Notes: generated from the sequence alone by a model not told the origin. DNA of 64,000 nucleotides from an uncultured bacterium (GCA_963827235.1 CAWHAE010000010.1:608001-672000); one strand, 5' to 3'. Counted from the first letter of the stretch, positions 19,874 to 31,618 are shown. Made by a program: numbers and translations.

Positions 19874-20212
19874 GAGGCCCCCGCGAAGTTCGACCGGCGC
19901 GGGCGCCTGCAGCCAGGCCGGTAAGCCGGGTTCCCGCATCGGCTCAGCCGCAGTATGGTTTAGGTGATTCCTATCCGCAATCCCACAGAAGTCAGGCCCC
20001 GGCGAGGCAGTGTCTTGTCTGCGCCGGCCTATGGCTGCGCGGCCCAGTTGTGCCGGTGTCTTCCACCAGATTCATGGAATCAGCCTCTCCCCCCAGGTGC
20101 AGAACCCGTGCCAAACCGGTGCAGAAGCCGGCGCCGAGTGGTGGCGACACCGTGACACGAAGCGCTGAAAGACGGTGCCTGTGCTGGGTTACGAAGCTGC
20201 CGCACTTGACCC

Positions 20213-20239
20213 TCAAGAAATGGGGGATTGTGCCGATCG
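20213..20239 (+). promoter_or_regulatory. Sigma-28-like promoter
   Basis: TCAA-N15-GCCGATCG about 55 nt upstream of ATG 20295. Confidence 0.55.
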
Positions 20240-20294
20240 AAAATATGTAGGACATATATAACGTCTCCACCCTCGAATGCAGAGCAGGGAGCGG

Positions 20295-23200
20295 ATGAGC
20301 AGAGTGACAGGAAACTGGCGCGGCCTGTCGGGAATGGCCGTGGTGAGCATGCTGCTGAGCTGCGCGCCGCTGCATATGCCATCGGGGGTCGGCGCAGACG
20401 CGGGGTGCGATCCGAGCATCTGCGTCGTGACCAACCTCAACGACAGTGGCGACGGCAGTCTGCGCGCGGCCATAGCTGCTGCTCCCGCCGGTTCGACCAT
20501 CACCTTCGCGTCCGGTGTCAGTGGCACGCTGGGCCTGTCAAACGACCTGGCGATCACGCAGGACATCAGCATCGTCGGTCCGGGGGCCAATCAGCTGACG
20601 ATCAACGGCAATGGCAATTCGCGCGTCATCGAGGTCGACTCCGGCACTGCCACGCTTACCGGATTGACAATCACCGGAGGGAGCTTGATCACGGACGACG
20701 CCTTGGGCGGTGGAGTCTACGTGGCGAGTGGTGCCTCCCTGGTGCTGCGCCTTAGCACGGTCAGCGGCAACAACCTCTATGCGTGGACTACCGGCTCGGG
20801 TGGAGGCATCTACAATGCCGGCACCACGAGTGTGAGCGATAGCACCATCGCCAACAACCAGGTCATGTCCATCAGTGACGGGACCGGAGGCGCGATCGAC
20901 AACGAGGGAACGCTCACCCTCACCAACACGACGATCGCCGGCAACAGCGCCCAGAACGGGTATGGCACGACAACCGCGGGCGGCATCGCCAACAACGGCA
21001 CCCTGACGGTGACGAACAGCACCATCGACTCCAACCCGGGATGGGGACTCAGCACGACTTCGAGCGCCACACTGGCCAACAGCATCCTGGCACAGTCAAG
21101 CGGGGGAAATTGCTCGGGCGACGTCACGGACGATGGCGGCAACCTCGCCGACGACGACTCCTGCAGTTGGAGCCAGAGCACAAGCCACACCACCACGATC
21201 GACGCGCTGAATCTCGGGTCACTGGCCGACAACGGCGGCCCGACGCAAACGGTCGCCCTGCAGTCCGGCAGCATCGCCATCGATGCAGCCAGCTGTACGC
21301 CTCCAACCCTGGACGGGGCCGCGATCACCGGCGATCAGCGGGAAGTCGTGCGACCCGACGTGGCCGGCAGCGCCTGCGACAGCGGCGCCTACGAAGTGCT
21401 CACGGCGCCCGCAACCCAGCTCACCGTCGCAGACGTGACGGGCCCTTTCGCGGGCACAACGACGCTCGACGCCACGCTCAAGGATAGTGCTGGGCGCGCC
21501 CTACCCGACCGATCGATCACGTTCACGCTCACGGACCCATCTACACAGCAAGCCACCACCTTCACGAGCACCACCGACAGCAACGGCGTGGCCGAAGTAG
21601 ATAACGCCAATCTTGGCAGCATTTCCATGGGCGCACACGCGGGCGGCACCGGCGCCAGCTTCGCGGGCGACGGCATGTACACTCAAAGCAGCGGGAGCGC
21701 GAACCTGACCATTACTCGGGGCACACCGACCATTACCTGGTCTAGCCCGGCGGACATCGTGTACGGGACCTTGCTGGGAGCAACACAACTCGACGCCGCT
21801 GCGAACACCGACGGCACGTTCGTCTACACGCCTGCCGCAGGCACCCTCCTGCCGGCCGGCGCCAACCAGGCACTCGGCACCTCGTTCACACCCGACGACA
21901 GCACGGATTTCACGCTGGCCACGGGCGGAACCACACTGACGATCGAGCCGGCCACGCTCATGGTCAACGCCGCCACCGGCCAGAGCATGGCGGCCGGCGG
22001 CCAGGTGCCTGACTCCTTCACTTACTCCATAACCGGCTTCGTGGCCGGGGACACAGAGAGCGTCGTAAGCGGGTCCGCTGTGTGCACGACTACCGCGACC
22101 AGCTCGAGCCCGGCCGGCAGCTACCCGATTCACTGCGACGTCTCGGGTCTGCAGGCAAGCAACTACACGTTCAGCGCGCACGACAGCACGTTCACGGTCA
22201 CGGGAACGGCGGGATCGGCCACCACAACTGCCTCGGACACGGCGACCAAGACCGCGTCGACGACGCCGACTCAAACCGCGTCGCCGACAGCGGCGACCTC
22301 CGCGACTTCCAGCGCATCGTCGACGCCGACCCAAACGTCCACGCCGACGGCCTCGGCCTCCACGACGTCAAGCGCATCGTCGACGCCCACCCAATCCTTC
22401 ACGCCGACGGCAACTGCTACTCGCACGTGGACGGCAACGCAGACGGTGACGAACACGCGGACCGACTCTCCGACACCAACACCGTCGCGCACGCCGACAG
22501 CGACGAACACTGTGACACTGACACGAACGCCTACGCCGACCCTGTCGCCGACCTTCACGCTATCACCAACACCAACCTGGACGGCTTCCAACACGCCGAC
22601 CAGTACTGCCACGGGAACGCAAACGGCGACCTATACCGCGACGGCGACAGGAACAGCGTCGGCAACGTTCACGTCGACCAGCACTGCCACGGGCACGGCA
22701 ACGGCGACGGACACCGCTACCAGCACCAGCACGGCGACAGGCACGGACACCGCGACGGCGAGCGCCACTGCGACAGACACGAGCACACCCACGGATACCG
22801 ATACACCAGGTACCAGCTCGAACACCAACTCCGGGCAGGCCAGCCCGACCGCGCAGACTTCGCGCACTCGAGCCACGGCGACGGCGCGTGCGAGCAAAGC
22901 CGGCACCACAAAAGCGACGCCGAAACCGTCTCCGACGGCGCAGGGCGAGAAGGGTGGCACGGAGAAGCTGGCTGCAGGCATGAAGCCAGTCACGAAGAAG
23001 CCTGCAGCTACCAAGACGCCTGCCGCGAAGAAGCCTTCGACAAGCAAGAAGCCCGCGGCGAAGAAGCCCTCAACAAGCAAGACGCTCAGAGGCGTTGCCG
23101 TGGTGGCCATGGGGATGAAAGGCACGCTTCAGCTTCAGCTTCGTGCGCCCACAAACGCGGCAGCGGCCGGACAGCCAGTCACGCTGACCGCTTCACTCAA

Positions 23201-23774
23201 GCGCAACCCGCGAGGCGGCGCGGTCTCCGGCAGCGTGCAGTTCTTCGACGGCGCGAAGCTGCTGGGAACGGCAAAGATCAAGAGCAACACGGCGCAGCTC
23301 AAGCTCGCCAACCGCACCGCCGGCACGCACTCGCTCTCGGCGTCGTTCCAGGGCATACGCAGCACGCCCTTGTTGCTCACCGTCGGCCGCGTGCCCGGGA
23401 GCCTGACGATCGGACTCCAGCCACGCAGCGTCACCGGCGGCCAACCGGCCAAGACACAGTGCAAGATGCCCAAGAAGGCGCACGGCAGCGTCGCTCGCGG
23501 CTGCGAGGTGGTAAGTGTTCACTGGTTGCACCCGCCAACGGGAACAAAGCTCCCGCTGACCTTCAGCTACACGATCAGGTTCACCGACGGAAGCAGCCAG
23601 GCGCTGGCAACGCGCGTCGCGACGGCGATATTCGCCATTCACTATGCGCCCCCGCGCGGCACAAAGAGCGGCGCATATCAGACTATCGCCTGGATCAGCG
23701 TGGTGGCGCGCAGCAAGGACGGCAAGGCAGCCGTCTCGGCAAGCCAGCAGCTGACGGTACTGCCGAAGGCGTAG
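20295..23774 (+). CDS. Large secreted adhesin-like protein: beta-helix (GGAI repeats), choice-of-anchor-Q-like, MBG/Ig domains, Thr/Ser/Pro tract, Lys-rich linker, Ig-like group 3
   Basis: [17 protein letters not shown]; GGGIYN/GGAIDN repeats; [13 protein letters not shown]...DQR..CDSGAYE; [20 protein letters not shown]; [13 protein letters not shown]; alternative start 20277. Confidence 0.85.
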   Translation: MSRVTGNWRGLSGMAVVSMLLSCAPLHMPSGVGADAGCDPSICVVTNLNDSGDGSLRAAIAAAPAGSTITFASGVSGTLGLSNDLAITQDISIVGPGANQLTINGNGNSRVIEVDSGTATLTGLTITGGSLITDDALGGGVYVASGASLVLRLSTVSGNNLYAWTTGSGGGIYNAGTTSVSDSTIANNQVMSISDGTGGAIDNEGTLTLTNTTIAGNSAQNGYGTTTAGGIANNGTLTVTNSTIDSNPGWGLSTTSSATLANSILAQSSGGNCSGDVTDDGGNLADDDSCSWSQSTSHTTTIDALNLGSLADNGGPTQTVALQSGSIAIDAASCTPPTLDGAAITGDQREVVRPDVAGSACDSGAYEVLTAPATQLTVADVTGPFAGTTTLDATLKDSAGRALPDRSITFTLTDPSTQQATTFTSTTDSNGVAEVDNANLGSISMGAHAGGTGASFAGDGMYTQSSGSANLTITRGTPTITWSSPADIVYGTLLGATQLDAAANTDGTFVYTPAAGTLLPAGANQALGTSFTPDDSTDFTLATGGTTLTIEPATLMVNAATGQSMAAGGQVPDSFTYSITGFVAGDTESVVSGSAVCTTTATSSSPAGSYPIHCDVSGLQASNYTFSAHDSTFTVTGTAGSATTTASDTATKTASTTPTQTASPTAATSATSSASSTPTQTSTPTASASTTSSASSTPTQSFTPTATATRTWTATQTVTNTRTDSPTPTPSRTPTATNTVTLTRTPTPTLSPTFTLSPTPTWTASNTPTSTATGTQTATYTATATGTASATFTSTSTATGTATATDTATSTSTATGTDTATASATATDTSTPTDTDTPGTSSNTNSGQASPTAQTSRTRATATARASKAGTTKATPKPSPTAQGEKGGTEKLAAGMKPVTKKPAATKTPAAKKPSTSKKPAAKKPSTSKTLRGVAVVAMGMKGTLQLQLRAPTNAAAAGQPVTLTASLKRNPRGGAVSGSVQFFDGAKLLGTAKIKSNTAQLKLANRTAGTHSLSASFQGIRSTPLLLTVGRVPGSLTIGLQPRSVTGGQPAKTQCKMPKKAHGSVARGCEVVSVHWLHPPTGTKLPLTFSYTIRFTDGSSQALATRVATAIFAIHYAPPRGTKSGAYQTIAWISVVARSKDGKAAVSASQQLTVLPKA

Positions 23775-24370
23775 GACACACGTCCCGAGGTACCGGCCTA
23801 TCCGGCGGTGGCCACCGGCTCCGGCAGATGAGCCGCCCATAGCTGCAGGTGCCCTGCAGCGGGCGGAGCGCAAGCACACGTCGTTGGATGTCGCAGTGGG
23901 AATAGGTGATGCCTATCCCGAGCCGCCGGTGGCTGGTCTGGCCGGCACCGCGACGGGCCCAACCGGACATTGTGTCCCCGTAGCTCGTCGTCTCGCGACT
24001 TCGGACGCCGTGCCGGGCACGTCCGGAGGCGGTCAAGACGACAGCGGTCCCAGGATCGGCGAACCGAGGCACTGAAGCGGGGGCCATCGAGCCCGCGGCA
24101 GAAGCACGGTTAGCCGCATTACCTTCTGAGCTGGATGGCATTGGACCCGGCCCCGGTGGCAGGGGAGTGGCGGCGGGCCACGCGCAGCGCCTTCGTCGCC
24201 GTGCGCGTTGCCGAGGAAGCTCAGGGTTGCGTTGTCTGCCACGCCATCGCGCGACTCACGGTCCGGCGGCCTGCCGACGCCGGCTGCCCGGCACTGGTCA
24301 TCCGTGCACCTGGTTGCCAGCAGGGGCGTCGTGACCCGCCGGCCTGCCGGCGGCGGCTGCCTGGGGCGGA

Positions 24371-27064
24371 CTACGGCGAGGAGGCCGTGACGGTCGGCGT
24401 TGAGGGACCGCCGGCCACACTACCCGAGAGATCCGCAGTGCCGGCGACGGCGGCGGTCGCAGTGGCCGTGGGGTTGGCGACGCCGGTCGCCGCTGCCGTC
24501 GAGGCCGTCGCCTGGGTTGGTAGCGGCGTGCTCGTGGCCGTGTTCGCCACCACCGGAGTGGCGGTGGGGGTAGCCGTCCAGGTCGCGGTCGAGGTAGGCA
24601 GGCCGGTCGCCGTCCACATGGGCGTGGCCGTGCGTGTCGGCGTCACGGTGGCGGTCGGGGTGCGAGTGGCGGTCGGCGTTCGCGTCCAGGTCGGCGTGCT
24701 CGTCGGTATGCGGGTGCGCGTCGGCGTCCACGAGGACGTAGGAATGCGTGTCGTAGTAGCCGTCCTGGTCGAGGTCGGAACCCTGGTCGGCGTCGGCGTC
24801 CGCGTGGCAGAGGGAGTGCGCGTGCTGGTAGCGGTGCGCGTCGGCACCGGCGTTCGCGTGATGGTCGGCGTGCGCGTGCTGGTGGGGGTGAGCGTAGGTG
24901 TTGCAGTATGCGTGGGCGTGCCGGTGGGCGAGGCCGTCCACGCCGCGGCCAGGCCCGGTATGCCGGCGAGAAGCGCGGTGGGCGTGCTGGTGGCACGCGA
25001 CGAGCTTGCGATCACCGGCACCTGCGTCGCGGCGATGAAGCCGTTCGACGTGGCAGCCGTGATCCCGATCGTGGCACCCGGCTGGATGACCTTGCTGCTG
25101 ACCGCGAAGGTGATTGGCGTCGACTGACCGGGCTGCATCAGGTGGAAGACCTGGCTCACCTTGGCGGCACGCCAGCCGGCGGGCAGCGCCAGCGTGACGG
25201 TTCCGCTGATCGGCACGTTAGTTTGTGCTGCCACGGTGACGCTGAGCGTGTGCGACGCCTTGCTCGCTCCCGGACCCAGCCGCGCCGCCAGCCCTACGGG
25301 AGCGATGCCCTGTATGCGCGCGCGCTGCAGCCAGCCCAGCACCGTGGCGGGAGTGGACGACGAGACGGTGAGGAAAACGGGATCCGCGGAGAGAGTCAGC
25401 ACGGCGCTGATCGGCCCCACTGCGCCGGTCGGGTTGTCCATCAGGTCGTCGGCGGATACACCCAACTGCCGGCCAGCGGGCACCACGATGATGCCACTCG
25501 GACCCGTGCTCCACAGCACGACCTCCGTCGATCCGTCAGGCCGTGTGAAGAGGATGGCCCGGGCCACCGTGCCGACCGGTGCCGACAACACGTAGGCGGC
25601 GTCCTGCAGATGCCGGATCATCGTCGCAATGGCCACGTAGGCGGGCTTAACCGAGCCGTCGTTATTGGTGATGCCGAAGGCGTTCTCCGTGCCGGGTCCA
25701 TCCTGGCGGAACCTGAATACCATGATCTTCTTCACACCCTGGGCCTGGAAATCCACGTACGATCGCACGAGGTACTGCGCCTGCTGCCTGGGCGTGATCG
25801 CGCCGTCGGTGGCGTAGCCGGTCTCGGTGATCCAAACGGGCATGGCGGCGGCGGCCGACCTGGCGGCGGCAGTCGCCTCCGGGCTGGGCCTCGGCAGCGA
25901 AGACGGTACCAGGGCGCTGTCGGGGTCTCGCGTGCCGGCGTAGGCATGGACGGCAAGCGTCTGCACTATCGCCTTCGCCGCGTGAATGGCGGAGTCGAAG
26001 TACGGCCCGCTCTCGTCATACATGACGTTGGCTCCCGGCTCAACGCCGCGGATCGCGGTCGAGGCAGAGGCGACGAGACCGGCGAAGATCTGAGCGGAGC
26101 TCACCAGGTCGTGCCGCCAGAAGCTCGCGGTGGAAGGCTCGTTCCAGACTTCCCAATCGGTGATGCCGTAACCGTCCTGCCAACCCATGCGCCGGGCCAG
26201 GGCGCCGCCGGGCATGAAATGGCTCACCACCGCCGAGGCATAGTCCGAGAACATGGCGATGCCTGCCGGCGTGTACTTGCAGGCCGGCCCCTTGCTGCAG
26301 CCCGTGACTGCGAAGGTCTTGCCGCTGCGCGGCGCCAGGTCCGGGTTAGGGAGGTTGCCCCAATAGTCCAGCAGGCCAAGCACGTGGATACCGGAGTCGT
26401 GCGCGGCGATCACGGCGTCGTCGGCCGGCCCGAATGAGTAGTCGTGTGACCCCGGCTGCGGCTCGATAGTCGCCCAGTTGAACTCCTCGCGGTCGTAGCG
26501 GAGGCCCGCGGCTGCCATGGAGCGTACCGTGGCGGACATCGTGCCCTGACTGATGGCGTTCGGACCCTGCAGGGCGCCGTTGGCGCCAAAGGCCGAGCGA
26601 GTATCGAACCCGGCAGCCTGCGGGCGGATGACGCCGATGGGAATAACCGCGCTGTACTGCGCCTGCGAGACCGGATCGACGATCATGACGCGAAACTGGT
26701 AGTAGCCGGAGCCGGCGATGGGCAGCGGCTGCCGCTCTGTACGGGTCTCGCCGGGCGCGAGGGTAAGCCGGTCGTCGCGAAGCCGCGTCACGTTACCGAA
26801 ATAGTCGGCGAGCGTCTCCAGGCGGACGAAGGTGTGCGGTACATCGGTCGGGTTGGTGGTGCTGACGGTGACGGATACGGCCTGGCCGACCAGGAGCGGG
26901 CCGGGCGGCGGGGAGGCCGCGCCCATGGCGGTCATGACCACGGAGACTCGTGCCTCCGCGGTGCCATTCGTGCCCGCCGTGGCGGCAGCAGGGATGGCGC
27001 ACGCGCAGAGCGCGATCCAAGCGGACACGCGCAAGCAGCGCTGTATCCGTCGATACATCTTCAT
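24371..27064 (-). CDS. Secreted clan GH-A glycoside hydrolase (GH39/GH5-like) with NEW3-like domain and Thr/Pro-rich tail
   Basis: Signal peptide; FNWATIEP; acid/base WEVWNEP; nucleophile PVWITETGY; QQAQYLVR; LALPAGW; about 200 aa TPTxT tail. Confidence 0.85.
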   Translation of the reverse strand: MKMYRRIQRCLRVSAWIALCACAIPAAATAGTNGTAEARVSVVMTAMGAASPPPGPLLVGQAVSVTVSTTNPTDVPHTFVRLETLADYFGNVTRLRDDRLTLAPGETRTERQPLPIAGSGYYQFRVMIVDPVSQAQYSAVIPIGVIRPQAAGFDTRSAFGANGALQGPNAISQGTMSATVRSMAAAGLRYDREEFNWATIEPQPGSHDYSFGPADDAVIAAHDSGIHVLGLLDYWGNLPNPDLAPRSGKTFAVTGCSKGPACKYTPAGIAMFSDYASAVVSHFMPGGALARRMGWQDGYGITDWEVWNEPSTASFWRHDLVSSAQIFAGLVASASTAIRGVEPGANVMYDESGPYFDSAIHAAKAIVQTLAVHAYAGTRDPDSALVPSSLPRPSPEATAAARSAAAAMPVWITETGYATDGAITPRQQAQYLVRSYVDFQAQGVKKIMVFRFRQDGPGTENAFGITNNDGSVKPAYVAIATMIRHLQDAAYVLSAPVGTVARAILFTRPDGSTEVVLWSTGPSGIIVVPAGRQLGVSADDLMDNPTGAVGPISAVLTLSADPVFLTVSSSTPATVLGWLQRARIQGIAPVGLAARLGPGASKASHTLSVTVAAQTNVPISGTVTLALPAGWRAAKVSQVFHLMQPGQSTPITFAVSSKVIQPGATIGITAATSNGFIAATQVPVIASSSRATSTPTALLAGIPGLAAAWTASPTGTPTHTATPTLTPTSTRTPTITRTPVPTRTATSTRTPSATRTPTPTRVPTSTRTATTTRIPTSSWTPTRTRIPTSTPTWTRTPTATRTPTATVTPTRTATPMWTATGLPTSTATWTATPTATPVVANTATSTPLPTQATASTAAATGVANPTATATAAVAGTADLSGSVAGGPSTPTVTASSP

Positions 27065-27225
27065 CAGTGCCGTTACTCGCGATCATCCCGGCAGCGAATG
27101 CGCATGCCTGTCGCCTGCCGACGGCAGTGTAGCCGCGCCCGGCTGCCGGGCGGAAATGCGCAATGGCCGCCTTCGCCACCGGAGCCGACGGGCCCGCGGC
27201 GAGTCGCATCGGCGAGCTCTGAATC

Positions 27226-27957
27226 CTATGACCGCGGCGATCGCTTCTGCCGGAGCCACAGTCTGAAATAGGCACGGTACTGGGCGGGGCCGTAGGGGCG
27301 CCAAGCGGGAGCCACCTGCCCGGCGCGAATGGCAGCAGCCAGCTCCTGGGCCCGCCGGCCGGGGAAGCGGGTGAAGCTGCGGCCTATCGCTTCCGTGACA
27401 TGCGCGTCGGAGCCGCCGACCAGGGGCAACCGGCTGTAGCGGGCGTTGAAGCGACGAGCTCGCAGGTTGGCCAGGGCGAGGACGGGCAACGATTCGTTCA
27501 GCTCCACGGCGTCGAACGCCACACGCCGCAGGGCCGCGCCGGCACCCATGCGCGCCGGCACGCCCTCGGGAGACCACCAGACGCCGCGCAGGAAGGGGTG
27601 CGCCGCGATGGCGAGCCCGCCCTGGGCGTGGACCGCCGCCACCGTCTGGGCGGCACTCAGCCCGGCGGGCACGGGCTCGGTGAGAAAGAGGCCCAGGATG
27701 TGCCCCTCGCGACTGCCGATCTCCTCGCCCACGATCACTTCCAGCGGATAGTGCCGGGCAAGATCGGCCGCCTGCACGGCACCCTCGATCGCGTCGTGGT
27801 CCGTAATCGCGATCACGTCGAGGCCGGCGTGGGAGCAGGCGTACTCCAGCGCATCGCGCACCGAGGCGGTGCCGTCCGAGACGCGAGTATGGATGTGGAG
27901 GTCGGCCCTACCGGAGAAGACAGGCCTTACCGGCGCAGAATCACCGATGGGCCTCAC
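27226..27957 (-). CDS. PHP-domain metal-dependent phosphoesterase
   Basis: DLHIHT..SDG, AITDHD, GEEI, AHP, GGSDAH; GTG immediately after the Uma2 stop (start uncertain). Confidence 0.9.
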   Translation of the reverse strand: MRPIGDSAPVRPVFSGRADLHIHTRVSDGTASVRDALEYACSHAGLDVIAITDHDAIEGAVQAADLARHYPLEVIVGEEIGSREGHILGLFLTEPVPAGLSAAQTVAAVHAQGGLAIAAHPFLRGVWWSPEGVPARMGAGAALRRVAFDAVELNESLPVLALANLRARRFNARYSRLPLVGGSDAHVTEAIGRSFTRFPGRRAQELAAAIRAGQVAPAWRPYGPAQYRAYFRLWLRQKRSPRS

Positions 27958-27958
27958 T

Positions 27959-28579
27959 CTAGGGTAGATCGCAATCGGCCGCCTCTGGGGTATCGGAAGC
28001 GGCGCTGTCGGCAGAGCCCAAGATTTTCGGCACATCCGTACGCTCATAGAGCAGGGAGACCGGGAAACGGACGGCGATGCTCTCCAGCTCCACGACGTCG
28101 TCCGGGCCATAGATCTCAGTGGTCCACTCGGGCACGGCTCGGCGATACACCTCCATCCCCTGATACCGCGTGGCGATCAGCACGTATTCCTGGATGCTCG
28201 CGCACTCCCTGTAAAGCTTGAACTTGAGGTAGCGGTCCGTTTGCTCCGTCGAATCAGACAGCACTTCCACGACGACGCGTGGCACCGTGACCTTCGTCGC
28301 CCGACCTCGGTCGTGTTCGTCACACGTCACGGAGGCATCCGGTAGCCGATAGCGAGTCGGCGAGAGCTGTACGGCGGCATCGGAGTCGTAGGCTCGACAG
28401 GGCCCGTCTCCAAGTCCGGCGTTGATGGCGGAGATAGCGTTGTGCTTCACCGAAGAATGGTCGAGCGTGCCGCCGGCCTTGCCAATGAGCCGGCCGTCAT
28501 GGTACTCGTACCTGGCCTCGCCGGATCGCAGTATCTCGAAGTATTCCTCGACGCCGACCTCCGACGGTTGAGCCACCAT
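27959..28579 (-). CDS. Uma2 family (DUF820) PD-(D/E)xK endonuclease-like protein
   Basis: EYHDG..AGGT..H, PDASVTCD, VVEVLSDST...K...Y; GAGGAGG RBS. Confidence 0.92.
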   Translation of the reverse strand: MVAQPSEVGVEEYFEILRSGEARYEYHDGRLIGKAGGTLDHSSVKHNAISAINAGLGDGPCRAYDSDAAVQLSPTRYRLPDASVTCDEHDRGRATKVTVPRVVVEVLSDSTEQTDRYLKFKLYRECASIQEYVLIATRYQGMEVYRRAVPEWTTEIYGPDDVVELESIAVRFPVSLLYERTDVPKILGSADSAASDTPEAADCDLP

Positions 28580-28639
28580 AGTGCCTCCTCTTGCGGCATT
28601 GCGCAAGCCGCGCCGGTAACCGCACGCGCTTGAGAATAC

Positions 28640-28714
28640 GTCAAGGCTCTCGGGCTGCCCCAGGACTCGCGCTGAAAGGTTGCATGGCCCGTCGAGGCTC
28701 TCGGGATGCCCCAG
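28640..28714. repeat. 24-bp imperfect direct repeat, two copies, 51-bp period
   Basis: GTC(A/G)AGGCTCTCGGG(C/A)TGCCCCAG at 28640 and 28691. Confidence 0.7.
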
Positions 28715-29012
28715 AATACTTCTCAACGAGCGTCCGGGTACCCGCCAGGGGAAGCCCCCAAGTGCGAAGCTCACTCCGCTTCCGTGACCTCCGATCCGGC
28801 CAGCCCGTCGGAGCCGTGCGAGCCTGCCCGGCGACACGTAGAATGATAGCGCGCGGAGGGTAGTGTCAGGTCGTCCGGTACACGAGCATATTCCTATATA
28901 CGCGACAGGCCGTATCGCGGACTATAGGAATGTCCCGACCGAAGTACGCCGGCCGTCCGGGCAGCGGCGCGTACTTCGCGGCAGAGTTGTGGGGCACAAG
29001 AGAGGCTCGAGC

Positions 29013-29690
29013 ATGGCCACTGCCGTGGAACCGGATCGAGAGACACCGGCGCCGCGCCGGCCGGCCGTATTTCTGGACCGGGACGGCGTGATCAACGCGA
29101 ACCGGGCCGACTACGTGCTCGGCCCGGATCAGTTCAGGTTTCTCCCGGGAGTGTTGCGCGCCCTGGCCATGCTCCGGGCGGCCGCCCGGCCGGTGATCGT
29201 GGTAACCAACCAGCCGGTGGTCGGCAAAGGCCTGATGAGCGTGCAGACGCTTGAAGACATGCACGCGCGCATGCGCGCGGACGTGGAGGCGGCGGGCGGA
29301 TCGATCCTGGACGTGCTGTACTGCCCGCACCTTGCCTCGGCGAACTGCGACTGCCGCAAGCCCAAGCCGGGCCTGCTGCTCACGGCGGCGGAGCGGCACC
29401 AGATCGACCTGAGCGAGAGCTTCTACGTCGGCGACGCCCTGAGCGACATCGAGGCGGGACAGTCGGCGGGCTGCCGCTGCGTGCTGGTGCAAACGGGGCG
29501 CGGCCGCTCGCAGGTCCTGCGCGAGGAGGCGCGGTTCCTGCACGGCTATCACACGGCCAACGATCTGCTGGGAGCAGCCAAGTGGATCCTCTCGCAGAAG
29601 CCGGCGGTCCACACCGCGCAGGCGCTCGCATCTGCCGAGCCGGCCACCGCCTCTCTCTGGCAGCTGGATATGAGCCCGCCCACGACCTAG
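29013..29690 (+). CDS. gmhB: D-glycero-D-manno-heptose-1,7-bisphosphate phosphatase (HAD IIIA)
   Basis: FLDRDGVIN, VTNQ, CPH....CDCRKPKPG, VGD..SD. Confidence 0.85.
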   Translation: MATAVEPDRETPAPRRPAVFLDRDGVINANRADYVLGPDQFRFLPGVLRALAMLRAAARPVIVVTNQPVVGKGLMSVQTLEDMHARMRADVEAAGGSILDVLYCPHLASANCDCRKPKPGLLLTAAERHQIDLSESFYVGDALSDIEAGQSAGCRCVLVQTGRGRSQVLREEARFLHGYHTANDLLGAAKWILSQKPAVHTAQALASAEPATASLWQLDMSPPTT

Positions 29691-29912
29691 CGCCCGGTAC
29701 AGCGGCGAGCTCTCCGGCCGATGCAGGCTGGAGCGGGAACGTGCCAAGCACCTGACATCTCTACCCGCGGATGCCGTGTACGGACGGCGCGGCAACAGTC
29801 GCCGTATCGCCGCTTGCCACAGCACAAACCTCTGTTACACTCCCAGTAGGGCTAGCGGCCTCATCGCTCCTCGAGGTCGGGTTGCCTGCCGCAATCGTGA
29901 AAGGATCCGCAG

Positions 29913-30623
29913 ATGCTCAGCCTCGCACCCCGCCGTACGGCCGCGCTGGTTCTTGTCTCGCTCACGTGCCTGGCGTTGCCCGTGCACGCACCTCTGCAAG
30001 CAGCCATCTCCACGGCGCACGCTGCCGCCAGCCTGTACGGCCACAATCTGATCGTCAACGGTGACGCCGAGGCAGGACCGGGTGCGAAGGACGACAGTAC
30101 GTTCATCTCCCCACCCGGCTGGAAGACGCCCGGGCTACCCGGCACCAAAGGGCTCACCGTGGCCACCTACACCGGTTCCGGTCTCGACCTCTCGCCCACG
30201 ACACCGGGACCGAAGAACAGGGGCAAAAACTACTTCTACGGCGGCCCGAGCGGCAGCAGGGACACCAGCGCGGAGCAGCGGATCGACGTGTCTGCCGCGG
30301 CGTCCGCGATCGACGCGGGGACAGTGACATTCACGCTCAGCGGGTGGCTTGGCGGGCTGAGCACGCAGCGCGATAATGCGCTGCTCCGCGCCGTGTTCCT
30401 CGACGGCTCCGGCAAAAAGGTCGGCGCCGCGGCAATTGGGCCTGTGACCCCTTCTATGCGGAAGCAGGAGACCGGTCTCTTTCTGCAGCAGCTCTCCAAG
30501 CAGCTTCCGGCGGGCACGCGGACCGTGGTCGTGGATCTCAGGATGAAATGGTACGACGGCTCGGACAACGACGGCATGGCCGATAACCTCTCGCTGATCC
30601 TCAAGGCGAACGGCGCACAGTGA
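29913..30623 (+). CDS. Secreted galactose-binding-like/CBM-like domain protein
   Basis: Signal peptide ending AHA; NLIVNGDAEAG; LSGWLGG; LPAGTR; ADNLSL. Confidence 0.7.
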   Translation: MLSLAPRRTAALVLVSLTCLALPVHAPLQAAISTAHAAASLYGHNLIVNGDAEAGPGAKDDSTFISPPGWKTPGLPGTKGLTVATYTGSGLDLSPTTPGPKNRGKNYFYGGPSGSRDTSAEQRIDVSAAASAIDAGTVTFTLSGWLGGLSTQRDNALLRAVFLDGSGKKVGAAAIGPVTPSMRKQETGLFLQQLSKQLPAGTRTVVVDLRMKWYDGSDNDGMADNLSLILKANGAQ

Positions 30624-30878
30624 GGCTTGCGCCGGCAACGTGAGGCAACCCATGGCGTCCTGAATAGGCGGCTACAGCGCGAGCCGGCTTCTCGTGGTTC
30701 AGCGCGCTCTCATGCGTGCTGAGCTGCCGAGACACGAGATACACGAACCGGCCCGCTTTCGGGACGATCGGCTCTTGCGGTCCACCCAAACGGGGCATAT
30801 TGTTGAGGTAAGCGGCAAAGACGCCCACGTCGCGGCGCGCTGGAGCGCCCAAGGCAGCACGATCGGCGGAGGTTGCCC

Positions 30879-31284
30879 ATGAACCGCACGGACAAAGACC
30901 CCGGAACGCCCACGACGGTGGGAGTGATGCTGTTCGACGAACGGCGCAGCCGCGTCTTCGCCGTGCGCGGGAACGCGATCGCGGACGCGCGCGAGTTCGC
31001 GGTCGACCTGCTGCACCCGGCGCCCGGCGATGGCAGGATCGCAGCCAACGCGCCAGGGCGGGAGCGACTCCCGGCTCGGCGGTCGGGTGGCCGACACCGT
31101 CACGCTCTTGAGCGAGATGCTCGACCGTCAACGCGTCGACCGCGTCGTCCTCGTAGCACCGGCCTGGGCAGACGCGCAATTGCGCCGGTATATGCCGTCC
31201 GCGCTTGCCGAGAAGGTCGTCTGTAACGTGAACATCCCCGCCGACGCGGGCGAAAGCACGATCCTGGCGATGGCCCTGGGGTAG
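30879..31284 (+). pseudogene. Frameshifted/truncated baeRF (bacterial eRF1-like, host-attachment-like) remnant
   Basis: GGAGG + ATG 30879 (VMLFDERRSRVF); frame change near 31060 into VADTV...VDRVVLVAP...LRRYMPSALAEKVV..NIPADAGESTIL. Confidence 0.45.
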
Positions 31285-31618
31285 TGCCGGCCGGTCACGT
31301 CCGGCGCGCCGACCGCTGCCCGAGGGCCGGCGGCGCGGGAACCATTTCTCGCCCTGCTCGGCGGCGTGCTTCCGCGGGAGAGGGACTGTTCCCGGTCACT
31401 CCGCGGGCTCATCGCCGGAGGACGCGTCCAGAACCGCGACGTGTCCATCGCGACCGCAGGCGAGGAGCTCGGCATGTGGATTCGCCGAGCACCTCGACGA
31501 CCAGTGCCGGAGGGCCGCCGGCATCCACCGCCAGCGAGCCCCGATCCTCGTCCACCCGGGCCAGGTAGACAAACACGTCCGGATAGGTGTGGTACCAGGA
31601 GCCGTCGGGCCGCCGGCA

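Noticed and set aside
19560-20200. c-di-GMP or c-di-AMP riboswitch in the long intergenic region
   Set aside because: Conserved aptamer motifs not found by eye; an Rfam scan would be decisive
22082-25127. His/Gly/Asp-rich (22082..23842) and Val/Gly-rich (24135..25127) ORFs
   Set aside because: Alternate-frame or antisense readings of Thr-codon tracts
27206-27232. Sigma-28 promoter for the GH gene
   Set aside because: GCCGATGC present but no -35 match at 15-nt spacing
28640-28714. Repeat-spacer-repeat as CRISPR
   Set aside because: Two imperfect copies only, no leader or cas genes
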